A stretch of DNA of 56,940 bases from Candidatus Cloacimonadota bacterium (GCA_004375965.1 SOIS01000152.1:1-56940), one strand, 5' to 3'. Positions 45,575 to 56,556 are shown, numbered from the stretch's first letter. A program made the numbers and translations. Notes: generated from the sequence alone by a model not told the origin.

Positions 45575-45599
45575 ATCATCTGTTCTCTGTTTCTCCGTG
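45575..45599. repeat. degenerate tandem units atcatctgt-tctctgt-ttctccgtg
   Basis: Located in the fabF-rnc spacer. Same word family as 53351-53368. Confidence 0.5.
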
Positions 45600-45687
45600 T
45601 TTTACCCCTACATCAACGTGTTGATATTGGAGTGGTGTTTATCTTGAATTATTTATTCCACATAATGCTCTAACACTGCAAGTGGCA

Positions 45688-46929
45688 TCATCCAGTAAAT
45701 CTATTAAGTGTAAGTGTTACATTGTGACCGCCGAAACCGAATGAATTAGAGATAGCCACATTAACTACTTTTTCTCGTGCTTGATTTGGCACATAATCAA
45801 GGTCACATTCCGGGTCCGGGAATTCGTAGTTTATTGTTGGTGGGATAACATTATTTTTAATTGTTAGAATAGTTGCAATAAGTTCACTGGCAGAAGAAGC
45901 TCCAAGCATATGACCGAACATAGATTTATTAGAACTCACAACCAATTTTTTTGCATGGTCCTTAAAGAGGAATTTTATTGCTTTTGTCTCTGTCTTATCG
46001 TTGAGTGGCGTAGAGGTGCCATGAGCATTAATGTAATCAATCTCTTCAAGGTTGAGTTTTGCGTCCTCGATGGCGTTTTTCATAGACAATTCTGCTCCTT
46101 TCCCTCCCTCATCAGGTGCGGTTATATGAAATGCGTCATCAGATGCACCATAGCCTATAAGTTCGCTGTAGATGTTCGCACCCCGTGCTTTTGCATGTTC
46201 CAGTTCCTCAAGAACAATTATTCCAGCACCCTCAGACATAACAAAGCCATCCCTTTCTTTATCAAAAGGTCTTGATGCTCTTTCGGGTTCATCATTTCTT
46301 GTAGATAGTGCTCTCATTACACAGAAACCTGCAAGGGCAATTGGAGTAATTGTTGCTTCTGAACCGCCTGTCAGCATTATATCTGCTCTTCCTGTTTTAA
46401 TTGTCAGGTATGCCTCCCCAATGGCATGACCCGCTGAAGCACAGGCAGAAGAGACAGAAAAGTTAGGACCCTTAAAGCCAAATCTAATTGCTATTGAGCC
46501 TGCTGCTGTATTCACAATCATTGATGGGATAAAGAAGGGGCTTACCCTTGAAGGACCTTTTTCAAGTAACCTACTGTGTTGCTCCTCCCAGGTTGTAAGA
46601 CCTCCTATACCGGATGCAACGATTACACCAATTCTCTCTAAATTTTCCTTCTCTAACTCTATTCCAGAATCCTCGATTGCTTGTATTGCACAGGCAACTC
46701 CATACTGACAGAAAGGGTCCATTCTCTTTGCTTCTTTTTTCTCAATATATGCGAGTGCGTCAAAGTCCTTAATCTCACCAGCAATCCTTGTTGGAAAAGC
46801 AGAGGTATCAAAGTGTGTAATTGAAGTTATCCCACTTTTCCCGGCAGTAAGATTTTCCCAGAATGTTTTTTTGTCGTTTCCAATAGGTGTTAGAACTCCA
46901 AATCCTGTAATGACTGTTCGTCTATCCAT
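45688..46929 (-). CDS. fabF: beta-ketoacyl-ACP synthase II
   Basis: 413 aa. Active-site region [12 protein letters not shown], and the His-His pair ([14 protein letters not shown]). Confidence 0.95.
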   Translation of the reverse strand: MDRRTVITGFGVLTPIGNDKKTFWENLTAGKSGITSITHFDTSAFPTRIAGEIKDFDALAYIEKKEAKRMDPFCQYGVACAIQAIEDSGIELEKENLERIGVIVASGIGGLTTWEEQHSRLLEKGPSRVSPFFIPSMIVNTAAGSIAIRFGFKGPNFSVSSACASAGHAIGEAYLTIKTGRADIMLTGGSEATITPIALAGFCVMRALSTRNDEPERASRPFDKERDGFVMSEGAGIIVLEELEHAKARGANIYSELIGYGASDDAFHITAPDEGGKGAELSMKNAIEDAKLNLEEIDYINAHGTSTPLNDKTETKAIKFLFKDHAKKLVVSSNKSMFGHMLGASSASELIATILTIKNNVIPPTINYEFPDPECDLDYVPNQAREKVVNVAISNSFGFGGHNVTLTLNRFTG

Positions 46930-47021
46930 TTGTTTTCCTTCCGGCGTTACGTTTTTATAAAATTTCTGAAAAAGCCAAAAATCCTTAGATGGCTATAAGT
47001 AGTTTTTCAGAGATATCTTTA

Positions 47022-47264
47022 TTATCCTTTCTCAGCAAGTTTCTTTTCAAGATACTCCACAGCTGTCCCAACCTTTGTTAGTTTTTCAGCCTCTTCATCT
47101 GGAATTTCAATATCAAACTTATCCTCAAAAGCCATTATGAGTTCAACAGTATCAAGAGAATCGGCACCGAGGTCCTCTATAAAACGGGCTTCTGGTGTTA
47201 CAGCATTCTCTTCGACACCAAGTTGTTCGCAGATTATCTTTTTGACATCCTCAAACTTTGACAC
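47022..47264 (-). CDS. acpP: acyl carrier protein
   Basis: 80 aa. [16 protein letters not shown] phosphopantetheine site. GTG start after agaggagg. Confidence 0.95.
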   Translation of the reverse strand: MSKFEDVKKIICEQLGVEENAVTPEARFIEDLGADSLDTVELIMAFEDKFDIEIPDEEAEKLTKVGTAVEYLEKKLAEKG

Positions 47265-47309
47265 TTAGACCTCCTCTTTTAGTTATAATTTTATCTGGTA
47301 TAAAAAATA

Positions 47310-48038
47310 TTACATAACCAATCCACCATCAACATTGATGACCTGACCTGTTATGTATGAAGCATATTCTGAAACGAGGAATGCGGCAATGTTTGCAATA
47401 TCGATAGGTTTACCCATTCTTTGAACAGGAATTTGTTTTTGATATGCCTCCTTTACTTCATCGGGAAGTGAAAGAGTCATATCTGTCTCTATAAACCCTG
47501 GTGCTATTGTATTTGCCGTTATGTTTCTTTTTGCCACCTCCTTTGCTACACTTTTTGTAAAAGCTATTATTCCAGCCTTTGATGCAGCATAGTTTGATTG
47601 ACCTGGATTTCCGGTTATTCCAACAACAGAGGAAATGTTAATAATTCTTCCCCATCTCTGAGCAATCATTGTTTTTAGCACTGCTTTTGTACAGTTAAAA
47701 CATCCTGTTAGATTAACATTTAAAACACTATGCCATTCCTCTGGTTTCATTCTTAACAGTAAACCATCACGGGTAATCCCGGCATTGTTGACTATTATAT
47801 GTATTTTTTTAAAATCGTCAAGCACTTTTTTTACCGCATCAACAACCTCGTTATAGTTTGAGACATCAACTTTGTAAAACCTTGCAGTTACTTTGTGGGT
47901 AGAAGAAACTTCTCTCGCACTCTCGTCTCCTTCATCTATTATATCCCATAGTGCAATATCAATATTTAGTGATGCGAGTTTAAGCCCAATTGCTTTCCCA
48001 ATACCCTTTGCTCCACCTGTTATTATTGCCACCTTCAT
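47310..48038 (-). CDS. fabG: 3-oxoacyl-ACP reductase
   Basis: SDR motifs TGGAKGIG, NNAG and YAASKAG. I prefer the second ATG (MKVAIITGG), which is preceded by gggggaag. The ORF is open to 48050. Confidence 0.9.
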   Translation of the reverse strand: MKVAIITGGAKGIGKAIGLKLASLNIDIALWDIIDEGDESAREVSSTHKVTARFYKVDVSNYNEVVDAVKKVLDDFKKIHIIVNNAGITRDGLLLRMKPEEWHSVLNVNLTGCFNCTKAVLKTMIAQRWGRIINISSVVGITGNPGQSNYAASKAGIIAFTKSVAKEVAKRNITANTIAPGFIETDMTLSLPDEVKEAYQKQIPVQRMGKPIDIANIAAFLVSEYASYITGQVINVDGGLVM

Positions 48039-48114
48039 CTCTTCCCCCATTTTATTTCAGTTATTAGTCATTGTTCAGGCATTTGTCATTGCGAGTAAAC
48101 TTTCATATTCCCTT

Positions 48115-49047
48115 TCATCCTTTAACTTTTTTCTTAAAGTTATTGAGTGAGTCTGAATCATCAATGTTGTATACAGTAGCGTCCTTTATTGTTCTTTTGA
48201 CCAGTCCAGATAGGACCTTCCCAGGTCCTATCTCTACAAATGTGTTAACGCCAGCTGTTTCTAATGTAAATAGGGTTTTTACCCATTGGACAGGGTTTAA
48301 TATCTGTTCTGTAATAGCATTTCTTATGTCTCTCTCATCCTTAACAGTATCACCTGTTACATTCATAACTATGGGTATTCTGGGAGTATTAAATTCCTGT
48401 TTCAGAAGAACCTTCTTGAATGGAAGGAAAGCATCCTCCATAAGCTTTGAATGGAAAGCGCCACTTACATTCAATTCTATTATCCTTTTTGCTCCTTTTT
48501 CCTTGGCAATTTTCATTGCCTTATGAACTATAGGTATCTCACCTGTTATTACTGTCTGAATTAAGGAATTATAGTTTGCAGGGTTAATAACACCTTCTTC
48601 TTCAAGTCCAATGCAGATACTTTTGACTTCCTCTGTTGATAGCCCAATAATAGCAGCCATTGTACCAGGTGACTTTTCTCCCGCATGTGACATTAGCTCA
48701 CCTCTCAGTCTTGTAAGATGGAGTGCATCAGTAAAGTTAATGGCTCCAGCTACGACAAGTGCTGTATACTCTCCGAGACTGTGTCCTGCCACAATGTCTG
48801 GTTCAATGGATGGCAGAAGAATTGAGTAAAGAATATAACTATGAACAAGTATTGCAACTTGTGCGTTCTTTGACTCTGTAAGTTCTTCCTCCGGTCCTTC
48901 GAATGAAATCCTTTTTAGTGGAATACCGAGAACCTTCTCTGCCTGGTTGTACATTTCCTTTGCTGTATTATAATCATCAAATATGGATTTTCCCATGCCG
49001 ACATATTGTGAACCCTGACCCGGAAAAATAAAAGCAACCTTACCCAT
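48115..49047 (-). CDS. fabD: malonyl-CoA:ACP transacylase
   Basis: 310 aa. FPGQGSQYVGMG, GHSLGEY. Confidence 0.95.
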   Translation of the reverse strand: MGKVAFIFPGQGSQYVGMGKSIFDDYNTAKEMYNQAEKVLGIPLKRISFEGPEEELTESKNAQVAILVHSYILYSILLPSIEPDIVAGHSLGEYTALVVAGAINFTDALHLTRLRGELMSHAGEKSPGTMAAIIGLSTEEVKSICIGLEEEGVINPANYNSLIQTVITGEIPIVHKAMKIAKEKGAKRIIELNVSGAFHSKLMEDAFLPFKKVLLKQEFNTPRIPIVMNVTGDTVKDERDIRNAITEQILNPVQWVKTLFTLETAGVNTFVEIGPGKVLSGLVKRTIKDATVYNIDDSDSLNNFKKKVKG

Positions 49048-50056
49048 TTCTACCCTCTTTGCTTGTTTCCTTTAGTTTTTCACGTATTATTTCATTTATT
49101 TTTTCTTCCGCAACCTTCTTCGCTGTCAGTATAGCATTTTTTATTGCCTTTGAGCTTGACCTTCCATGAGAAACAATTGTGATACCATTGACTCCAAGAA
49201 GAACAGCGCCACCATATGCCTCATAGCTCATTTTATTAAAAAGGCCCTTTATTGCAGGGCGGAGAAGAAATCCACCAATCTTATATCGAAATCTTACCTT
49301 TACAGCATTCCTGATTGTGTTTCCAATAATGTGGACAATACTCTCCCCGAACTTGAGTATGGCATTTCCTACAAAACCCTCCATTACAACTACATCTGCT
49401 TTCCCATGGAGAATATCATTCCCTTCAATATTCCCTATGAAGTTTAACGTGCTTTTTTCAAGGAGGTGAAATGCCTCATATGTGATATCTTTTCCTTTTG
49501 TGCTCTCTTCTCCAATGCTCAAAAGTCCTACAGTAGGATTTTTTGTGCCAAGGATTTTTTCAAAATAGATGGAAGCCATGACGGCAAACTGAAGAAGGTT
49601 GGCCGCCTTAGTGTCTGAAGTAGCCCCTACATCTAGGGCGAGGGTACAACCTGATTGTGTCGGGAAAAATGTTGCAAGCGCTGGTCTTAAGACTCCCTTT
49701 AATCTCCCGAGAGTAAATATGGAGAAGGCAACTACTGCACCTGTATTTCCAGCACTAACAAATGCATCGACCTCTTTATCTTTTAACAACTTTATACCGA
49801 GTGCTATGGACGAGTCCTTTTTCTTTCTGAATGCATCCACTGGTTTTTCATGAGGTTCCACAACCTGAGGAGCGTTTACGATATCAAAATCTTTGTAAGG
49901 AACATTCAGTTCGTTAAAGCAGTCCTTAATGGTTTTTTCTCTTCCTGTAAGAACCACCCTGAGGTCGCTTGCTTGTTTGACTGCTTCAATGGAACCCAAA
50001 ACGTTTACAAGAGGCGCTTTGTCTCCGCCCATTGCATCAATTGCGATACGAGTCAT
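49040..50056 (-). CDS. plsX: phosphate acyltransferase PlsX
   Basis: 338 aa. N-terminus RIAIDAMGGDKAP. An 8-nt overlap joins it to fabD. Confidence 0.95.
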   Translation of the reverse strand: MTRIAIDAMGGDKAPLVNVLGSIEAVKQASDLRVVLTGREKTIKDCFNELNVPYKDFDIVNAPQVVEPHEKPVDAFRKKKDSSIALGIKLLKDKEVDAFVSAGNTGAVVAFSIFTLGRLKGVLRPALATFFPTQSGCTLALDVGATSDTKAANLLQFAVMASIYFEKILGTKNPTVGLLSIGEESTKGKDITYEAFHLLEKSTLNFIGNIEGNDILHGKADVVVMEGFVGNAILKFGESIVHIIGNTIRNAVKVRFRYKIGGFLLRPAIKGLFNKMSYEAYGGAVLLGVNGITIVSHGRSSSKAIKNAILTAKKVAEEKINEIIREKLKETSKEGRNG

Positions 50057-50235
50057 TTCTCTTTTATCTTAATTATCTCTTTTCCTTTATAGTATCCGCA
50101 GTTTCGGCATACCCTGTGTGGCAGTTTTAAACTATGGCAGTGTGGGCACATAATCAGTCCTGGAAAGGATAATTTCCAGTGCGTCCTCCTTTTTTTTCCT
50201 CTTGTTTTTGATTGCTTTTGCTTTGGTAAAGCCAC
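50053..50235 (-). CDS. rpmF: 50S ribosomal protein L32
   Basis: I prefer the GTG start at 50235, preceded by AGGAGG, giving (M)ALPKQKQSKTRGKKRRTHWKL. Zn-ribbon CPHC...CRNC. The long ORF to 50280 would overlap yceD. Confidence 0.85.
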   Translation of the reverse strand: MALPKQKQSKTRGKKRRTHWKLSFPGLIMCPHCHSLKLPHRVCRNCGYYKGKEIIKIKEK

Positions 50236-50243
50236 AATTCCTC

Positions 50244-50774
50244 CTATTTTTTTTTCAAAAATTTCTTCAGAGGTTCCCACCGTGGATCAATTTTCTCTCG
50301 TTCACAGCTACACTGATTGCGATTAAGATTGGTTCCACAGATAGGACATAAACCTTTACAATTATCTCTACATAGCGGTTTAATTGGAATGGCGAGATTG
50401 ACCGAGTCGCAAAGCATCGGTGCCAAATTGATTATATCATTTTCGTAATATTCTGTTATAACATCGGTTGGCGATAAACTTTCTTTTTCCCCCATGAGAG
50501 ATGTTTCACTTGCGATAAAATATGAGGACAAGTTTTTACTCTTATCAAGAGTAAATCTTTCAAAGCATCTTGCACATTCCAATACAAGGGAAAAAGAGAT
50601 TACTCCCAGAAGGGAAACCTTGGATCCATTCCTCTTTAAGACAATATCACATTCTATCGTTTTTTTAACAGTGTTACTGTTGATGCCAAGGTCTTCGGGT
50701 TTCAAGGAGAGATGAAGTCTATTCTCTCCCTCCTTTAATGAATGTAGACTCCACTCTAATGGGCTCGGTTTCAT
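50244..50774 (-). CDS. yceD: YceD/DUF177 family protein (large-subunit rRNA accumulation)
   Basis: 176 aa. C-terminal CRDNCKGLCPICGTNLN...CSC, and the conserved position upstream of rpmF-plsX. Confidence 0.8.
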   Translation of the reverse strand: MKPSPLEWSLHSLKEGENRLHLSLKPEDLGINSNTVKKTIECDIVLKRNGSKVSLLGVISFSLVLECARCFERFTLDKSKNLSSYFIASETSLMGEKESLSPTDVITEYYENDIINLAPMLCDSVNLAIPIKPLCRDNCKGLCPICGTNLNRNQCSCEREKIDPRWEPLKKFLKKK

Positions 50775-51991
50775 TTCTTTAATGCCTCCTTTAGTTTCTT
50801 CGTAAGAGGAGGTACAATATCGAAGAGGTCGCCAACAATACCATAATCACAAATTTTGAAGATGGGGGCATCTGAATCTTTGTTTATAGCAACTATTATT
50901 TCAGATGATTGCATTCCAGCAAGATGTTGAACAGAACCTGAGATACCAATAGCAATGTAGAGTTTGGGAGAAACGGTCTTTCCTGTCTGTCCGACCTGAT
51001 GTGAAAATGGAATCCATCCATCATCAACCACAGGTCTTGATGCACCAACCGCACCACAAAAAACATCTGCAAGTGATTGAACGAGCTTAAAATTTTCAGG
51101 ACAACCAAGACCTCTTCCTCCTGATACAATGATATCCGCTTCTGTCAGTTTAACCTGCTGTGAAAGATCTTCCACGAATTCAATGAATTTAGTACTTGAG
51201 CTGAGGATTTCTCTGGAGAAATTTTTCCTTACAACCTTACCTCTTCTTGATTTATTTAATGAGAGTTCTTTCATTACCTTGTGACGAACTGTTGCCATCT
51301 GGGGTCTTGTATTAGGAGTAATAATAGTTGCCATTATGTTACCCCCAAATGCAGGTCTTGTTTGTATTAACTTATTATCCTCTTTATCTATGTCCAGTTC
51401 TGTACAGTCTGCGGTTAATCCTGTAGAAAGACTCACAGCAAGCCTTCCAAATAGAGAACGTCCAATAGTTGTTGAACCTGCTAAAATAATCTCTGGTTTA
51501 TATTCAAGAGAGAGCTCTTTCAGTACCTTTGTGTAAGGTTCCGGAAGGTAGTTTGCAAGTTCAGGTTCATCTATAAGGATAACCGTGTCAGACCCTTTTT
51601 GTATCAACTTCTCTGCCTCTTCTTCAATAGTAAACCCAAGAAGAACTGCGGAGAGGTTACAGTTTAACTTATCTGCAAGTTCCCTGCCTTTACCAAGTAA
51701 TTCGTAAACAACAGGTTCCACCTTTCCTCTTTTCTGTTCAGCAAAAACCCAGACATCTTTATATTCTTCAAGTTTGGAAGTAATCTTTTTTTCACTCTCT
51801 ATAATGATCGCCCCTTCCGTGCAGATTGGTACACATATACCACAGAGTGTACAGAGTGTCTTGTCTATAACTAATATACCATCTTCCTCTATTATTGCAG
51901 TAACAGGGCAGGAGTCGATACAGATACCGCACAGTGTGCATTTCTCCTCAATGATCCTGATAGGTAGACTATTGGTAGGTTTCTGATTCAT
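50771..51991 (-). CDS. etfA: electron transfer flavoprotein alpha subunit with N-terminal 2x[4Fe-4S] ferredoxin domain
   Basis: 406 aa. CTLCGICIDSCP and CTLCGICVPICT, then an EtfA body with the FAD-binding C-terminal part (GISGSVQHLAGM). Confidence 0.9.
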   Translation of the reverse strand: MNQKPTNSLPIRIIEEKCTLCGICIDSCPVTAIIEEDGILVIDKTLCTLCGICVPICTEGAIIIESEKKITSKLEEYKDVWVFAEQKRGKVEPVVYELLGKGRELADKLNCNLSAVLLGFTIEEEAEKLIQKGSDTVILIDEPELANYLPEPYTKVLKELSLEYKPEIILAGSTTIGRSLFGRLAVSLSTGLTADCTELDIDKEDNKLIQTRPAFGGNIMATIITPNTRPQMATVRHKVMKELSLNKSRRGKVVRKNFSREILSSSTKFIEFVEDLSQQVKLTEADIIVSGGRGLGCPENFKLVQSLADVFCGAVGASRPVVDDGWIPFSHQVGQTGKTVSPKLYIAIGISGSVQHLAGMQSSEIIVAINKDSDAPIFKICDYGIVGDLFDIVPPLTKKLKEALKK

Positions 51992-52308
51992 TATTCTTCC
52001 TTTAATATATCGGTTCCAACTGCTTTTTTTATTATCTCCCTCAATCTTCTATAGGCAAAACCCTTGCTCTTGCCCTTCCCGGGAATGGGAACAATACTTG
52101 GCATAGGTCTAAGTGAAAGTTTCAAAAAAAGCGATTCTATGCTTTCTATACTGTCTTCTCCAATGAGAATAATAGAATAACCTTTATTTACAATATTTAA
52201 AAGTACATCTTTAACATTCTCTTTCGTCACAGGGTATATATCAATACCGGCCATCTTTAAGGGTTCGATAATGTCCTGTTCTCCAATAGCTGCTATCCTA
52301 CTTGTCAT
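51991..52308 (-). CDS. atpF: A/V-type ATP synthase subunit F
   Basis: 105 aa. IAAIGEQDIIEPLKMAGIDIYPV. Its stop overlaps the etfA start (TAATG). Confidence 0.85.
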   Translation of the reverse strand: MTSRIAAIGEQDIIEPLKMAGIDIYPVTKENVKDVLLNIVNKGYSIILIGEDSIESIESLFLKLSLRPMPSIVPIPGKGKSKGFAYRRLREIIKKAVGTDILKEE

Positions 52309-52312
52309 CTTT

Positions 52313-53332
52313 TTAATTAAAGGTTATCGGAATTCTCTGTCTGATTTCTTCGGTTGGTATTTCGTTTAGTTTTCCTACAAGTATCATCTTTATGATATTA
52401 AGGTCCTGTTCTCTTGATACAAAATATGCCACTATCGGTTCTATGCCAAAGGTAACATAACGGCTGAGCTTCATATAATTCATAATGTAATTTTCACTTT
52501 CCTTATCAAAGATTGAGAAGGAACCGTCCTCTATGATTTTTCTAACACCTTCCTCAATAAGATATAAGTATGGATTATTGCTAAAGAATGAAGGCAATGA
52601 TTCAGGGGATTCACTTATTAATTGCAGAAAAAATCTAAGTTGCAGATTTCCTCCCTCAATCAAGGCTTCCTCTACGTTATCCTTTGTATTAAAATATTTA
52701 ATCCTTAAGAATGTTGATATATTAGTCAGGTCAATCTTTATCTTAACATAGGTAACGAGAAACGGTATGTTGGTCTTTTTTGAAAGAAATAGAAGATGGT
52801 TATACTCCAGATTATCAATAAGAAATTCCATAGACTTAAGGTTTTTTTTAAGGTAATGTTGCGCCAGTGCCTGTCCAATAACTTCCCTCATAAACTCAGG
52901 TAGAAGGTGAAAATTGTCTGTCTCAAAAGCTGTTTTCATTACCTCAGCAGGGATGGTTCCGAAATCGCTGAGAACAATTGATGTAGCCACTTCGCTTAGT
53001 CTCCTTTTAAGCAGTACCTTTAGATTGTGAAAGTCATAAGGTATTCGGAATAGATGTTTGACATCAGGATCGAGTATCAATCTTTCCATGAGGTCGAATG
53101 AGATAAGTCTCTCTATCTTTACAAATTCTCCGTATTTCCCCGGGTCTTTCATTTCACCTACTGTATCATCGTAAGCAGTATCCTCAAGGTAGATAAGTAC
53201 ATCACTAATAGAGCGACTGTTGATCATCTTTTCTACTTTTGATGAAGAAAGGAGCTTGGTCTCAAGCACCCTTATCCTTCCCGTTGCGTATGTATATTTT
53301 AAATCAGGCTTAAATTCAACTGTTTGATTCAA
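52313..53332 (-). CDS. atpC: A/V-type ATP synthase subunit C (V0 d-like)
   Basis: I prefer the TTG start at 53332, 7 nt after GGAG, giving MNQTVEFKPDLKYTYATGRIRVLE. The ORF is open to 53395, but that extension would translate the 9-mer repeat (HREHRE) and overlap atpE. Confidence 0.8.
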   Translation of the reverse strand: MNQTVEFKPDLKYTYATGRIRVLETKLLSSSKVEKMINSRSISDVLIYLEDTAYDDTVGEMKDPGKYGEFVKIERLISFDLMERLILDPDVKHLFRIPYDFHNLKVLLKRRLSEVATSIVLSDFGTIPAEVMKTAFETDNFHLLPEFMREVIGQALAQHYLKKNLKSMEFLIDNLEYNHLLFLSKKTNIPFLVTYVKIKIDLTNISTFLRIKYFNTKDNVEEALIEGGNLQLRFFLQLISESPESLPSFFSNNPYLYLIEEGVRKIIEDGSFSIFDKESENYIMNYMKLSRYVTFGIEPIVAYFVSREQDLNIIKMILVGKLNEIPTEEIRQRIPITFN

Positions 53333-53350
53333 GGTTTTTCTCCATAAGAT

Positions 53351-53368
53351 TTCTCTGTGTTCTCTGTG
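53351..53368. repeat. perfect tandem 9-mer ttctctgtg x2
   Basis: Direct reading of the sequence. It lies in the atpE-atpC spacer (CACAGAGAA x2 on the coding strand). Confidence 0.8.
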
Positions 53369-53372
53369 GTTT

Positions 53373-53954
53373 TCAGGCAAAGAGGGTTTTTGCAAGTTCG
53401 CTTTCGAGTCGTTCCTTTATTCTACCAAGGATTGTATCAATTGTCGCATTAAATTCGTATTTATCTTTCTTCAGTATGCATCCACCATCAAAATCACCTT
53501 TTTCAAATGGTATAGTTTCCTTAAAATGTAGTTTCTCGAGTATTTCTTTGAAAACTTCTTTGCCAAATCTATTAACATCTCCTTTTGCAAGAATAAACAC
53601 AAAATTGTCTCCTTTTACCTCCTTTTTAATAATATTGGCTATAAAACTGATGTATTCTGACTTCTTTAGTGAGAGTAATCTCTTTTTTGCTTCATCAAAA
53701 ACCGAGTCAATGATTCTTCGCTTCTCTTGAAGAAGTTTTTTTCTGTTTTGCATCCTTGCTTCTGATAACCTTCTTTCCAGTTCCTTTCTTTTTGCATCCT
53801 TTGCGATTACTCCTGTTTCCTTCTCTATTTCACCAGCCCTATTAGTCGCTTGTTTGAGTATCTCATCTGCCCTAAATTTTGCTTCTTGAAGGATCTTGTC
53901 TGCTTCAGTTTTTGCGTCACTTAAAATTTTTGCTCTAATTTTGGTATCAGTCAA
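53373..53954 (-). CDS. atpE: A/V-type ATP synthase subunit E
   Basis: 193 aa. Coiled-coil N-terminus KILSDAKTEADKILQEAKFRADEIL and a globular C-terminal half. Confidence 0.85.
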   Translation of the reverse strand: MTDTKIRAKILSDAKTEADKILQEAKFRADEILKQATNRAGEIEKETGVIAKDAKRKELERRLSEARMQNRKKLLQEKRRIIDSVFDEAKKRLLSLKKSEYISFIANIIKKEVKGDNFVFILAKGDVNRFGKEVFKEILEKLHFKETIPFEKGDFDGGCILKKDKYEFNATIDTILGRIKERLESELAKTLFA

Positions 53955-54043
53955 ATTAATTCCTCCTTAGTTGATGTTTTATTCGCATGAATGTATTATC
54001 CATTTTTAAGAAAATTATGTTATTTTATATGCGAAATTGCTTT

Positions 54044-54502
<459 letters not shown>

Positions 54503-54561
54503 TTAAATTTCCTAATTTCCATTTTCCTATTACGCAGTTTCGTTTTTCAACATTATTAAAA

Positions 54562-56556
54562 TTATGCTTCTTTAAGAATTATGTATTTTTCGTTTCTTCT
54601 TAAAGGATTAAAGGTTTTACCACCTCCGGTGAAGAATTTCTGGAAGAATTCAACATACTGCAGCCTTAAAGTATGCACAAAACCACCAAGGGTATTTATC
54701 CCCAAATTGAAGAGATGACCACAGACAAGGATAATAACAAAAATGACAATCCCTACAATGGGAATACCAAGTGTCATTCTTGCGATATCATTAATAGCTC
54801 CTGCAATTCCTGCAGTTACAAGTCCGAGAGCCATTAACCTGATATAAGAAAGAAAGTCACCAAGATATGAGAAAATACCACCAAGAATGAAGAACCTAAG
54901 ACCGCCTAGGAAAAGTCTGAAAAAGGGATTCTTTTCGTTCCGTGCACCAAAGATGAAAACTAATAATGCACTAACACAGAAAATAATCCCTGAGGGCAAG
55001 AGGTAAGTTTCTGGTAGTAATTTTTTTGGTGTTAAATTGAGTTGAATACAGAAATCAGTTGAGAAAAGCATTAAAAGGAGAGAGGTAATTATCGCTATCC
55101 AGACGATTCCTTCAAAGAATGCATCTGTAAATCTTTTGTCTTTTATATATTCATACAGTTTTATAAAAAGTCCCCAATAAATCTGTATGCATCCAAGGAA
55201 AAGAGCCAATCTGTAAAAGACAAAGTAGGATTTCATCGGATCAAAGAGCATTATCTCTTTTGTTATTTTGTCTAAAAAACTGCCCCTAAATAAGTCGCCA
55301 AACCACCCCCCGAGAAGAGCGCCTTCAATTATAGCAAAAATGGCTCCAATGAAGATAAGCCAGAGAAACTTCCTTCCCGTGGGAATCTTCTTCATGAGAA
55401 ATAGTGCTAAGAGGGCAAGGACAATACCATATCCAGCATCGGTAATGCACATACCGAAGAAGACAGCAAAAAAGACAGCAAGAAGAGGACTTGGATCAAG
55501 TTCCTTGTAATTTGGTGTGCCGTAGAGGTTGGTAACGATTTCAAAAGGCTGAAAGATTGTTTTATTGACCAATTTCACCGGAGGCTTTTCATCTTCTTCA
55601 GGTTCAATGTCAAGCATCATGGCTGCTTCATACGAATTGACAAGATTTTTTAATGTTTCCTTCCTTTTTGTTTCCACCCATCCCTCGATAATATAAGTAG
55701 TCTTTGTTCTCGTTGCATCCTGAATTGCATGTAACCTTGTTATCTCATTTAATGTATGTTCGTATATTATTAGAAGTTCCTGGTAAAAACCTACAAATTC
55801 CTTCCCTTGTTCAATAAGATTTTCTGTCTCATCTTCTACCATCTGTATCCTGGTTTGTATCTCCCTTAATATGTCGGATGGTTTTCCCTCAAAACCTCTG
55901 AAATCCTCTACTGAGAAGTTTATTTCGTCAAGAAAACTCCGAGCTTTTTCCTCATTACTTTTGTGAAAAATGACAATAAGGTATACCTCGTTTTTTGATT
56001 CATCAATTTTCTCAATCTCAATTCCAGCTTCCTCTGTTTTTTTTACCGTCTCGTCCTTGAAATATCTTTTATTTACTGTTCCTGCAAGTACTAATGAAGT
56101 AGCAGTAGTTTTAAGTAATTCCACAGGTGTAGAAAGACCAAGCCAGGGTTCGATTATTTCCTTATTTGATGATAGATGATCTTTCTCTGCTCTAAGTTTA
56201 GATAGTTGGATGTTTAAGATTTTAATTCTTTCTGTTATCTTTTCAAATTCAAAATTCTTAACTGTATCGATGAATTTTTCCTCTGAAACCGGAACTCTTT
56301 GTGGAATAAGCCCCTCGAGAAAACCACCTTTTTTGATAAAGTTTTGTAGGAATTTTCTTGTATCGTCAAGATGGTTTAGCTGTGACTCTAAGTGTCTTAT
56401 TCTTTCACCATCGGAAGTTTCATACTCGTTCTCTGCCGACTCTTCTTTTATTTTTGTAATATGGAGTGCGGATTCATCCTGGAGGTGTTTTAATAGTTCT
56501 TCCTTGTGAGAGGAATGAAGAGCAATTGAAACCTTTGTCATTCGAGCTATTGCCAT
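54562..56556 (-). CDS. atpI: A/V-type ATP synthase subunit I (a-subunit)
   Basis: 664 aa. Soluble coiled-coil N-terminal half and a polytopic C-terminal half containing LRLQYVEFF. Confidence 0.9.
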   Translation of the reverse strand: MAIARMTKVSIALHSSHKEELLKHLQDESALHITKIKEESAENEYETSDGERIRHLESQLNHLDDTRKFLQNFIKKGGFLEGLIPQRVPVSEEKFIDTVKNFEFEKITERIKILNIQLSKLRAEKDHLSSNKEIIEPWLGLSTPVELLKTTATSLVLAGTVNKRYFKDETVKKTEEAGIEIEKIDESKNEVYLIVIFHKSNEEKARSFLDEINFSVEDFRGFEGKPSDILREIQTRIQMVEDETENLIEQGKEFVGFYQELLIIYEHTLNEITRLHAIQDATRTKTTYIIEGWVETKRKETLKNLVNSYEAAMMLDIEPEEDEKPPVKLVNKTIFQPFEIVTNLYGTPNYKELDPSPLLAVFFAVFFGMCITDAGYGIVLALLALFLMKKIPTGRKFLWLIFIGAIFAIIEGALLGGWFGDLFRGSFLDKITKEIMLFDPMKSYFVFYRLALFLGCIQIYWGLFIKLYEYIKDKRFTDAFFEGIVWIAIITSLLLMLFSTDFCIQLNLTPKKLLPETYLLPSGIIFCVSALLVFIFGARNEKNPFFRLFLGGLRFFILGGIFSYLGDFLSYIRLMALGLVTAGIAGAINDIARMTLGIPIVGIVIFVIILVCGHLFNLGINTLGGFVHTLRLQYVEFFQKFFTGGGKTFNPLRRNEKYIILKEA

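Noticed and set aside
45612-45625. Palindrome ATCAACGTGTTGAT in the fabF-rnc spacer, considered as a possible fatty-acid regulator operator.
   Set aside because: The arms are only 6 bp. It does not resemble the FapR or FabT boxes I recall, and chance occurrence is likely.
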